64,000 bases of DNA from Paraphysomonas bandaiensis. Its lineage: Eukaryota > Protista > Chrysophyceae. Below, piece after piece: positions 1 through 11,240 of the stretch; position 1 is the first letter of the stretch, and each line of letters opens with the position of its first letter. The translations under genes were made by a program, and so were the position numbers. The notes beneath the pieces were generated by a model that searched no databases, was not told the DNA's origin, and saw nothing but the letters and a program-made list of their open reading frames with translations. Location: the NCBI GenBank assembly GCA_965644295.1, contig CBFFRP010000461.1, positions 63,542-127,541 on the forward strand, given 5' to 3'.

Positions 1-89
1 ATACGCAGAACAGCGTCTCAGTTGGTGGTTGTAACGATAGAAGTACAATCACATATAAGCACTGCTGTACACGTATGTGTTGCATTTAC

Positions 90-678
90 CGATGCTCATA
101 TCACGCCTAGTAGTGCATTCTTCTCCTGTATGCGGAAAAAAAGGCATATGCATCCATGACTTTTCGCCTATTTTGCCCTTCAAAAATGTTCTAAACCCTG
201 TGAAGGGGGTCTGTTGGTACGCTTTCTCAGCGGTATTAAATTTGGCGATTCCGCCGTCTTTATTGTCCACACCAAAAGCCGTAATTCCCTGACCACGATT
301 ATTGTAAAATGCCCACATAGGTACTCCCCAAATGCCCCCTAATCCAGGGAGAAAGCTGGACATTGGTTTCGCCTGATCATAGTTGTACATAATAAACCTT
401 CCATTTTCATCGAACTTCGGTGCAATTGTGGGAATATCAGAATGATCATTAGGCGAAGAATTCGATTTAACCATTGAATTTGCAGTTTCTATAAAATAAT
501 GCACGGCCACAAATACGAATATGACCACCAAAATACAGCTGCCTCCTGTTATGATGCTGGCATTTGACGTATTCGGGTGCCGGTTTTGATGTTGCTTATG
601 CTCTTCCTGTTCAGCAAACAACTGCTCATCAATTTGTTGATATCGAGCAAGTTGAATACTCTCTCTTTTAGACGACAT
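90..678 (-). CDS. First exon of a GH161-family beta-1,3-glucan (laminarin) phosphorylase-like protein with an N-terminal transmembrane anchor; the gene continues beyond the left edge
   Basis: SSFLPGLGGIWGVPMWAFYNNRGQGITAFGVDNKD...AY...GFRTFLK matches the N-terminal region I recognise from GH161/GH94-related phosphorylases. Hydrophobic segment ILVVIFVFVAVHYFI. Donor G|GTAAAT at 90/89. Confidence 0.7.
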
Positions 679-1384
679 ATGATGTTTAATAGTATGACCT
701 GTGCAGCTCTATGATACGCGTTACACTGCAGGGGATTGTCTGCTAACAGTTATAAGAGATGATGATAATAACTTGAGAGTTCCTGGTATGTTATGTAATA
801 GGAACCTCTCAGTGACACGAGAGGATTGCTATGAACTACTCGTATGTATGTTAGTAACACTGTATATACTCCAACACTCAATAGATTTTAATTATACACT
901 ATGAATGTTAGTGGAATAAATACTCTTGAGGGAGATTAATGACAGGGGATGTGAAGAATGACATGCTGTGTTGATTATAGTGATATTTAATGCAATGGAT
1001 GGTAAGCTTGTGTATGTATGTATATATATGTGTGATATATGGAAGGAGTGTATGCATATCTGGACTACAAGAGACAGACATATGCATGTATCATATATCT
1101 AAATTCAACATCAAGTCACTGTATATTCTACATGGGTGGGGACTGTATGTGTGTAGTGTGTAGTGGCTACAACACTATACGAGTGTTAGCATGGTGGTGG
1201 TGGGTGTGTGTACAAAAAAAATGACCAAAATGTACACAAATATACGCACATTTCGTACAAAACCATACCATTTCTGCAAAATAAAAGGGGCCCGAACCCC
1301 CATGAAGCGTGTGTTTTCATACATAAGGAGTCTCTCATTCTGTTCGCAGTTCATTCTGGGGTTTAAAAACACACTCTCTCACTG

Positions 1385-1602
1385 GGTGACTACCTAAATT
1401 GCATAAATACATAAATGCATAAAAAATCTGGGATTATAGAAATCTATTCAGACCCAGTTTCTGCATATGTTTATGCATATAGGATAGTTTGTACGAGGGG
1501 TCCGGAGGGGTCTCCTAAAAAAACATAAATCTGCATAAATTCATGAGTTTATGCAGCCTATTTTTTATGCATTTATGTGTTTGTGCAATTTAGGTAGTCA
1601 AC
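1385..1602. mobile_element. 218-bp MITE nested in the left arm, flanked by CACTG direct repeats (1380-1384, 1603-1607)
   Basis: ~40-bp TIRs G(G/T)TGACTACCTAAATTGCA(T/C)AAA(T/C)ACATAAATGCATAAAAAA. The right arm has the empty site CTCTCTCACTGTATGG with a single CACTG. Confidence 0.9.
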
Positions 1603-2525
1603 CACTGTATGGTCCTTTTCAAGGAAGGAGTGCTGATGTTTTTTTGCACTTCACTTTTTTTTTTTCGAAAGTTGTGATTTGCTGTCCTTCTCACAGCACT
1701 CAGTATGAACCCACGTCACTCCATTAACAGGCTACCACAGGTGTCATATACGAGTCAATGGTAGAATAATGCCTCCAATGCATTATCATGAGTAGTGTAA
1801 TGACACCAGAACAGAGAAAAGGAAAGAGAAAGAGCCCTAGACTTCCAGAGAAGCAGCAATCTGTCCAGGTACAACATAACCCATATCTCTCATATTCATG
1901 ACCAATTCACATAAAGAGCTAGTTGCAACCACTAAACAAAAGAATAATGGTGAAGGGACAAAATATTCCATTGCCAATTGTTAAGTTATTGATGCATCAC
2001 TGCCTTGATTTAGGAAGCACGCCTGACTTCGCTCATGTAAATCTTACTATAGATGACAATATCACCCTCAAGCAGATGAAAAAGTTGTGGACAGAATATA
2101 AAGCATGAGTTATGAAGAGAGCATGCATCGTAGTACGAATCGCCCAAGAAAACGTCCCAGACACACGTTTGAACAGAATGAAGACGCTAAAGATTACCTT
2201 GATGAAATGTTGGAGATGAATCGTAGCGTCATCCCTAATCGAAAACCATTCACAATAACATACATTTCGTTGAAATATTTTACCGATTATGACACAATTA
2301 TGACTTATCAAAAATTTCGCGATTGACATGAACAGTCTACCCGTGATTGACAATTCAGCTAGATTTGTAAATAGCAGATTTTTTATTTCGTAGAAGAGAA
2401 CGCCACCGAATATGTGTCATATATACTAAAAGTTATTTCATTAATTTCTTAATTCAAATCACTTCACGTAATTAGTGTTAATTGTTAATGCGTACTACAT
2501 AATGAAAACAATTTCCTAGCAATCA

Positions 2526-3496
2526 TTAATTCTGCATGCAGGCAGCAACGTCAAAATTGTCTCTGTATAAGTCAAAATGATGATATGCCTGTAAAACCCC
2601 CGGCTGCGCAATGCTGTAGTGTCTAAATGTAAAATTTATTAGTCCTACTGGGTCGTCCCGCCAACGTAGTTCATCGTCTCCCTCGCGAATGAAATTCTCA
2701 ATAGCCGCAAATCCATGTTCAATAGGTTTTAGTTCCGGAGAGAATGGCGCACAATACATTTAATATTTTCGAAAAGTATCATCATTCTGTTCCCTGATTA
2801 CCAGCATTATCAAATAAACCATATGCATCATCGTTAAGTAACGGCGCAATCGACTTCAAGAAAATATAACTTCGTTATCGGAGACAGTACCTTCAAAAAC
2901 ATGCCACGCTAGAAATCCCAATACAGTGCGCGCTCATAATCTTCACCTCTTGGAGCCCAACCATAACTTGCTAAAAAATAATCTGAGCTTCGGACAATTC
3001 CATCAATATCCACAATGCGTCCAGCAGATATGTGTGAGATGTCTTCCAAGAGTTGAATCTGCTCCTCTGGATTCTTCCTGATATTTTTCCAATTTAATGG
3101 TCCTATACACTGTTGCCAATGAAGTAGAATCTGGACAATGCTGCCCAAAGTACTCCTCACTGAATCGAAGAGTAGGCAGCCGCAAGTTGATGTTACGATT
3201 CATCTCCAACATTTCATCAAGGTAATCTTTAGCGTCTTCATTCTGTTCAAACGTGTGTCTGGGACGTTTTCTTGGGCGATTCGTACTACGATGCATGCTC
3301 TCTTCATAACTCATGCTTTATATTCTGTCCACAACTTTTTCATCTGCTTGAGGGTGATATTGTCATCTATAGTAAGATTTACATGAGCGAAGTCAGGCGT
3401 GCTTCCTAAATCAAGGCAGTGATGCATCAATAACTTAACAATTGGCAATGGAATATTTTGTCCCTTCACCATTATTCTTTTGTTTAGTGGTTTCAA
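2526..3496 (-). pseudogene. Frameshifted IS630/Tc1-type DDE transposase
   Basis: Fragments in order: putative DNA-binding region (SLATVYRTIK), IVDIDG...YGWAPRG (first D region) and APFSPELKPIEHGFAAI (the PYSPELNPIE motif). Split across several frames. Confidence 0.85.
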
Positions 3497-4246
3497 CTAG
3501 CTCTTTATGTGAATTGGTCATGAATATGAGAGATATGGGTTATGTTGTACCTGGACAGATTGCTGCTTCTCTGGAAGTCTAGGGCTCTTTCTCTTTCCTT
3601 TTCTCTGTTCTGGTGTCATTACACTACTCATGATAATGCATTGGTGGCATTATTCTACCATTGACTCATATATGACACCTGTGGTAGCCTGTTAATGGAG
3701 TGACGTGGGGTCATACTGAGTGCTGTGAGAAGGACAGCAAATCACAACTTTCGAAAAAAAAAAAGTGAAGTGCAAAAAAACATCAGCACTCCTTCCTTGA
3801 AAAGGACCATACAGTGAGAGAGTGTTTTTTAAACCCAGAATGAACTGCGAACGAAAATGAGAGTCCTTATGTATGAAAACACACGCTTCATGGGGGATCG
3901 GGCCCCTTTTATTTTGCAGAAATGGTATGGTTTTGTACGAAATGTGCGTATATTTGTGTACATTTTGGTCATTTTTTTTGTACACATACCCCAACGTGTA
4001 TTAATTCAGTTTCTTTATGTGGATTCACATAGATTTTAAGAGAATTTGTATTTATATGGGTTTATATATCAAAATATCGGTGAAATTCATACTATGATTT
4101 GAAAACCCCATCGCATATACGTACATTTAGATATGTGGTACGCACAAGGCAGCAGATTAACAGCCAAGGAGGATATCAGGTCAGTGATATCTATACAACT
4201 ATACTATACAACTATACTATATATAGATATCAAAACTAATTCTATA

Positions 4247-6283
4247 ATGATAAAATCAGTTTATCGTATTCGTACATTCATTCCTTTCAGTAAACTTCAA
4301 TGTTCTACCTTCTCATCAATACGCAGTAAAGTTCTTGATGATAATTTCGTTCGATTCCAGCTAATAAACGTCCTTCATGCTGACAGGGATCTATTCATCA
4401 AGGTCTAATCAATAGTATTCATTCAAATACATCACTAACTCTTCTAATAGAGTGATAGATATCAGCATGTCACACCAGATATTGTATCTGATACGTTAAA
4501 TGCAGCTGTTAATCTTGCGGAGAAAGAGTATTTACCTCATTCACGAAAAAACGATTTATGTGAGCCGAAATGGAACCCTGCCACTGGAGTGGATATCATT
4601 GAAGACGTTGGTGATGCTATAGCCGCTTATAAAGGCGCTGGATTTTTCAGGTACTATATAATAACCTACCTGACTACTGGTGATAAATGTTGAAGTGCCC
4701 ACGCGGACTTCGAATTCGGCGGGATGCAATTGCCATCATGTGTAACAAGTTTACTAGCTCTTCCTTTCACAGCTGCAAACCCAGGAACGACTGCATACTC
4801 GTTTCTAACAATTGCAGCTGGAAACATGCTACGTGCTGTTGGAACGAAGGAACAACTAAATAAATATCTTCTCCCGATGCTTGAGGGGCGCTATTTCGGC
4901 ACAATGAATCTGTCAGAGACCCAAGCAGGAAGCTCCTTGGGAGATATTACAACAAAAGCCGAACTTCGGTCTGATGGAACTTACTCTATCAGAGGTTCGA
5001 AAATGTGGATTTCCGCTGGCGAACACGAGTTGTCTGAAAATATTGTACATATGGTGCTTGCGAAAGTTGTTCACCCTTCTGGTGGGGCCCAAGCTGGAGT
5101 CAAGGGAATTTCTCTGTTTATTGTGCCGAAATTTAGAGTGAATGACGATGGAACTTTGGGTCAAAAGAATGGCGTGTCACTGGCTGGGCTTAACCATAAG
5201 ATGGGGTATCGCGGCACTACAAACTGTGTGATGAGTTATGGCGAAGGAGAGGAGGAATGCATTGGGGAACTTCTTGGGGGGGTTGGACAGGGTCTTGCAA
5301 CAATGTTTCATATGATGAATGAGGCGCGAATAGCAATTGGCTTTGGTGCATGCGGGCTTGGGTATGCTGGGTATGTGCGCTCGCTAGAGTACGCGCTTGA
5401 GAGGCATCAAGGCCGACCGGCTTCCTCTAAAAACCCTTCTTCTCCACAGGTTCCAATAATACAACATGCAGATGTAAGGAGGATGTTAATTGCACAAAAA
5501 GCCTATGTGGAAGGTGCTTTGTCATTGTGCATGTTTGGGGCGTTTCTTGTGGATCAGCTAAATGACCCGACGCTTTTTAGCGGTGAGAATGACAGAGAAG
5601 ATGCCACACTCTTGCTAGACACTCTTACTCCAATCATTAAATCCTGGCCCTCAGAGTGGTGTCTCGAAGCAAATAAGTGGGCGATTCAGATTTTTGGTGG
5701 ATATGGATATACAAGGGACTATGATGTTGAACAAATCTACCGTGACAACAGACTGAATATGATACACGAGGGAACTAACGGAATTCAAAGCTTGGATCTA
5801 CTAGGACGAAAGGTTATGGCCAAAGAAGGACGAGGGATTGCAGTTCTTCTCAATGCAATGAGAAAAAGTATCAATCATGCAAAGGGAGTAGCAGACACAT
5901 GCAGTAATACTGCTTCGAGCAATCTTAGGGAGCATGCTGTTGCGTTAGAGGAGGCAGTAGATAGACTGGAGCGCACCACCTCCACTCTTGCAAGCGCCGC
6001 TCTGAAAGGAAATGTAGAATTAATGCTTTGCAATTCCCATGAGTACTTAAATATGACTGGACACACTGCAATTGCCTGGAGGTGGCTTGAAACAGAAGTT
6101 GCAGCTACATTGAAGACTTCAAATAGTAAAGTAGAGGACGGATTACCGATGGACTTCTATGTCGGTCAACGAATGGCGTCACGCTACTTCTTTACCCATG
6201 AACTACCCAAAACTATTCATCAGGCCCGTCTTCTTAGTTCACTAGATGACCTAAATTTAGTTTTGAAGAATGAATACTTCTAG
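4247..6283 (+). CDS. Acyl-CoA dehydrogenase of the bacterial-type ~600-aa family (DmdC/FadE-like), probably mitochondrial; exons 4247-4402, 4451-4650, 4696-6283
   Basis: Motifs GTMNLSETQAGSSLGD, GSKMWIS, HKMGYRG, GGYGYTRDYDVEQIYRDNRLNMIHEGTNGIQSLDLLGRK. Two GT-AG introns keep the frame. The N-terminus is Arg/Ser-rich like a presequence. Confidence 0.9.
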
Positions 6284-7784
6284 ATGTTTGTCACCCTGAA
6301 GTTCGAATAATTTGGATTTTGTATTGACGCGACGAGTGATATCTGGGCCTCATCAAAGGATGTATTACTAGCACTTTTTCCCCTTGCATGTATACGAAAT
6401 AGCACCTAATCTTTCAACAACATCTCGGGATTTAACTACTGAGAACTGTGACATCTTGTTATCCATGTGTAGTCGAACGCATTAACTCTAATATAATTTA
6501 TGCTAATTTTAGTTTGCCATAAACTTTGCGCCTAAACTCATAATATACTGCCAATACTACCTTTACATCCAGTTGTTAAAGTTGTTAAAGTTCAACCAAC
6601 TCCTACGTATGGAGTATGGAGTAGTAGCTGATTGTCGATAATGATTTCTTTCAACAAGATTGCATTATGCATTACAAGAAACTATAAACATGTCAGAAAA
6701 CACACATGAAAATCTAAAATATACGATATACTGTGTAAATATTCATGCTGAGGATTGTTGCTCTGCAACCGCAACATCACAACTTTAACTTTCTTTCCAA
6801 ATTCCCGCCTTAAATACATAACCGAAAATATGATTTAAAAACAATATTCAGGATTGGTTGTAGAAAGTTGAAAAGAAGAAGTTATATTCTGGTGAATTGT
6901 ACAATACTTGACTCAGAAAAGATTGCCATGAAAACGTGCCTCCACACGTAAATATGATACGTGGTCAGGAGTGTAGAACTAACAGTAAGTCCAATCAGCA
7001 TTACCGAAAATGCGAATGATGAATGCAACGATTCCACTGAAAGCTGTAGCTGATTTTGGGAAAATCTAACTGGAAGATATAATAGAAGAATCTTCGAATA
7101 TACTCAAATACCATTTATGATTAAACACCAGTGAAACATAATTCAATGAATTCCTGTCGTTATGACACACAGATGTGCGTTCCGTTACTAGTAACTATGT
7201 ATTCCTCTTCACAACGCTATCTTGAAGATTTGGCCTGTTAGTTTGACATATATTATAGTTATACGCTACACTCAGTGTTCTGACTGCACGGTGTATGGTA
7301 GAGACAAACTTCACAACTCGTGTGTTATGGGACATATGATGTCTATCATCCGGTCAGTTTAGCATAGAGGGAGTAGAGTTACTCTTGTGTTGAGTCGCCC
7401 CAATCTGATGCCCATATATCCATATATACACGTATGTACTGTTGCTGGTGCGTACATACATACATAGAGCAGACTACTACTATATATTTATTATGGATCT
7501 TAGGGAATAATGCATATGTTCAACTCAGATGGAAACTGATTAACAGAGCGAGTCTCTGTGCGTGTATGACTGGGCTTACGTCTACTATATGATCCACTGC
7601 TGTATATATATACACATGTGGTGTGTTTGTAGTGTTGCTTGTTTTGCTGTATCTTTGACAACAGTGGCTAGATATCCTGGATTTTAAGGTGATAGACATA
7701 TAAAAATTACGTTTTTAGCAAAAGAAGTATACTTCTGCTTGTACACTGTACGTACTGCTGTAGATGATATAAACGCACTGCTGC

Positions 7785-7909
7785 ACGTATCGGCATCCTT
7801 GGTGTATTTTTGTTCCATGATGCCTCTAATATTGAAACAACAATTATGTGTATTCCAGCCGTAGGCGTATTGCAGTAATATAGAGTGATTTTGCTTCAAT
7901 TTGTTTCCG
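7785..7909 (+). repeat. Dispersed ~125-bp repeat, copy A (paralog of 39990-40114)
   Basis: ACGTATCGGCATCCTT...GATGCCTCTAATATTGA...AATTATGTGTATTCCAGCCGTAG...TTTTGCTTCAATTT is shared with 39990-40114; roughly 85% identical by eye. Confidence 0.85.
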
Positions 7910-8015
7910 AAAAATACGCATTACGGAGTACTTGTATATATATATATATATAGTGTCAATGCAGATAGAAGTACATGTACATATATATTAACAACCATAT
8001 CTAACTAACACAATC

Positions 8016-10325
8016 ATGAACCACCCCACCCTCCTTTTCATTTCCCTTATCATTTCCTTTCTCCTTCCCTCCACTACCAGTCATCCAATCCCTCAGGAAT
8101 GGATAGATAAGATATCTGCTTCCAATGCTCTGTATGCCCCCTCTGATGACGCTCCTATTAACTCAGAGGGATATCCAGATATATACATACCTCTTATCGG
8201 GAATGGATATTTCTCTCATTCAAAGGGTGTGAGGAGTGATACATACTACATATCAGGTGTTTATAATAACCAAACGACATCTCCATCTCATCGTGCTAGA
8301 ATACCCGCTACTTTTGCAGTAACGATATCGAATTCTGAAACAACAGGGGTATTATTGGATATGTTAGAAGGGACATACACTCGTAGGGGTGTTATACGTA
8401 ATACTGGTTGGTACGAATTGAGGTGGTATGCTCATAGGGATCGCCGATCAGTTTATGTCATGGAATTAGAGGCTCATTTACAGCCAGGAGTCGAAAACAT
8501 GACACTTGAGCTCACAAACAATGCTGGTGATGCTTCCGAAGATATTATTTTTACTCAAAAGATTCGTAAGTTGGGCAATATAGAGATAACTGTTCAATGT
8601 GGCGATACAACTATTCCAGAAACTCCGTTTTCAGAACCTACACGTGTTTGTATGGCTTACACTGCAGTACCAACAGCAGTGACGACTGTCTCAACCAGAA
8701 CCTTTCAGACATTCGTTACAGCAACGCGAACATCTTTAGATGCGCGTGATGTGGAGGAGGCAGCGATTCAAGACTGTATAAATGCCCTCCGTACAAATGC
8801 GAAATTACCACCTGATATTGAAGCACCAACACAAACATACAAGCGATATGCGCAATCTGCTCTACTGGTGGAACACGTACGTGCTTGGGCAACCTTGTGG
8901 TCTAGCGGGGTGGAGATTAGTAGTCGGGCAGATGTAGCGGTTGCAGTTAACGCCTCGTTGTTCGCGATACTAAGCTCTGTGCGTGACGACTGGCCCTACG
9001 GCCTTGCTCCAGGCGGTTTAACGAACTACTATAATGGGCATAGCTTTTGGGATACTGAGACTTGGATGTATCCTCCTCTTCTGCTTCTCCATTCTTCTAT
9101 TGCTGAAAGCCTAATTAAGTATCGATTTGATAGATTGAATGGTGCATACATGAAAGCAAAATCGTATACTCCTCCCTATAAAGGGGCGATGTTTCCCTGG
9201 GAATCTGCTTTTAGTGGGTACGAAACCTGTCCCACCTGGGCGGATACAGGACTCCGAGAGCAACATATATCGGCTGATATATCACTAGCTGTGTATCAGT
9301 ACTATTTAATGACACAAGATAAGTACTGGCTGCGACACATAGGGTTGCCAATACTCACTGGCGTTGCTGATTTTTTCCTTTCTCGTGCTGTTTATGATAA
9401 CTCTGGACAGGCACATATATACGACGTCATTCCCCCTGATGAGTATGCTGATCACTGTGATGATTCGGTTTACACTAATTACGCTGCCTCTAATGCTCTA
9501 CGTTATGCTGTTTCTGCTATGGATGTACTTGACATAGACGGCACAAATCTTCCTAACTACACCACATTGGCGGAGAGTTTGACAATACTGTATGATTCGG
9601 AATTAGGAATCCATCCAGAGTATAAAGGTTATAATGGAGAGCTAATTAAGCAGGCAGATGCAGTACTTCTTCACTATCCATGGGGAATGGAAATGGATGT
9701 CAGTACACAACAAAATGATTTGGAGTACTACTCTAAGCTCACAGACGATAATGGGCCAGCTATGACATGGGGTATGCATTCAATTGGCTACAAAGACTTG
9801 TTGTTGCTGGACAAGGCCAGCCAATATTTCAACAAATCTTTCGAGAATAACATGCAACCCCCGTTTATGGTGTGGACGGAAACAGCAAGCGGAAATGCCG
9901 GAAACTTTATTACAGGTGCTGGAGGATTTCTGCATACTCTTACTTTTGGCTATCCTGGACTTCGCATTGAGAGTAACCGAAACTCAAAAGGCCGAGCACA
10001 AACTAGTCGGTTATTGATTGACACTCCGGTTTGTCCAGAAATGGCGACTGGTGTAAAACTACGAGGGACGAGGTACTTAGGCAGCGTTCTGGACGTGTCA
10101 TATTCTTGCAATGTTAAAGCGGGGAAGTGCCCAGCCGGTATGGCGCATGAAATATCTATACGTGTAACATCTATGGGGCCAATGTTATTGGAGTTTGTGG
10201 TTTTAAATAATGATAACGAAGTTCCTACCTCGACTGTGCTAAAGGAAGACGTTGAGGTGAGTATTAAAATTCCGTGCGACGACGGTGATAAATCTGTCTT
10301 TGTGATACAAGAGTATATGGCGTAG
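8016..10325 (+). CDS. Secreted glycoside hydrolase family 65 (PGGHG/ATHL1, acid trehalase-like glucosidase)
   Basis: Signal peptide; motifs YNGHSFWDTETWMYP, GAMFPWES, VIPPDEY, IKQADAVLL, NFITGAGGFL; single 769-aa ORF. Confidence 0.9.
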   Translation: MNHPTLLFISLIISFLLPSTTSHPIPQEWIDKISASNALYAPSDDAPINSEGYPDIYIPLIGNGYFSHSKGVRSDTYYISGVYNNQTTSPSHRARIPATFAVTISNSETTGVLLDMLEGTYTRRGVIRNTGWYELRWYAHRDRRSVYVMELEAHLQPGVENMTLELTNNAGDASEDIIFTQKIRKLGNIEITVQCGDTTIPETPFSEPTRVCMAYTAVPTAVTTVSTRTFQTFVTATRTSLDARDVEEAAIQDCINALRTNAKLPPDIEAPTQTYKRYAQSALLVEHVRAWATLWSSGVEISSRADVAVAVNASLFAILSSVRDDWPYGLAPGGLTNYYNGHSFWDTETWMYPPLLLLHSSIAESLIKYRFDRLNGAYMKAKSYTPPYKGAMFPWESAFSGYETCPTWADTGLREQHISADISLAVYQYYLMTQDKYWLRHIGLPILTGVADFFLSRAVYDNSGQAHIYDVIPPDEYADHCDDSVYTNYAASNALRYAVSAMDVLDIDGTNLPNYTTLAESLTILYDSELGIHPEYKGYNGELIKQADAVLLHYPWGMEMDVSTQQNDLEYYSKLTDDNGPAMTWGMHSIGYKDLLLLDKASQYFNKSFENNMQPPFMVWTETASGNAGNFITGAGGFLHTLTFGYPGLRIESNRNSKGRAQTSRLLIDTPVCPEMATGVKLRGTRYLGSVLDVSYSCNVKAGKCPAGMAHEISIRVTSMGPMLLEFVVLNNDNEVPTSTVLKEDVEVSIKIPCDDGDKSVFVIQEYMA

Positions 10326-10687
10326 CAACATGGCTATGCTTCTGTTCCATTCAGCTTTATGTTTGTAAGTCCCAAATCTTCTTTTTCTTGTTAATACGCA
10401 TGCCATGCTTATCAAAATGACCATTCATTGGCATGTTTTTTATGACATGTGACGAACATATGTGATAGTATAACTTATAATCAATTAATTGTGAGAGAGG
10501 CCCGTCTAGGTTACTTACATCATGATGCTAGACTTGTCCACCATAAGTTAACTTTGTTTATCACTTCAGTTCAACATACACACTGTCCGACATATAGAAT
10601 ACATCCGAGTGAGTTCTACTGCAAGTTCATTCAAGTAGTTTACAAGACGTTTAATGTTTAATCAATTGTATCTACGTATCTACTAGT

Positions 10688-10775
10688 CAGGGTTGCGACA
10701 CAATTGATTTGCGCAGGCTGTCGTCAATTAATGTCATTATTATAAGCTGCTCCAATTACTAGATACGCAGCCCTG
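10688..10775. mobile_element. Tiny hAT-like MITE (88 bp)
   Basis: TIRs CAGGGTTGCG / CGCAGCCCTG (9/10 match). Flanks CTACTAGT and TTACAAGT match 6/8, like an aged 8-bp TSD. Confidence 0.5.
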
Positions 10776-11240
10776 TTACAAGTTGCAAGTGCTGGCAAAT
10801 ATCCTTCGAAGCACTAAGCATATTTTACTATATTGTATATATGTATATATGGCGTTTCTTTCAATGATCTCTAGAATTACTCTTTTGTGGTGCTTGAATT
10901 TTGCTTATTTCTGTGTGTTAAGGATTTGAATAGTAACCGTTGAATGCTAGTTACTTACAGTATACAGTACTATATGAATCTTATATATTATGTTAAATGA
11001 AGTGAAATATGTTGACTGTAGAAGATCATGTCAACCTATGAACGTATAATATTGGTAGTAGTGACAACCGCAATATAATTAATGACAATGATTGATTAGA
11101 AATTACGTTTTAAATTAATAGAGAATAGAGAGTGTGTTGTTGAGTACTTATTTCATCTTGGCAAACCTCGAGAGTATGCACACACATTGTCACACATCTA
11201 TTTACTTTTATACTATATATCACTGAACCGGCTATTATTT

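Larger units (their letters stand above)
1202..3991. mobile_element. Foldback IS630/Tc1-mariner-derived element with ~800-bp inverted arms (1202-2225 and 3194-3991)
   Basis: The arms are near-perfect reverse complements. Near-identical ORFs lie on opposite strands (1923..2108+ / 3311..3496-; 2105+ / 3314-). The spacer holds the DDE part of the transposase. Confidence 0.9.
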
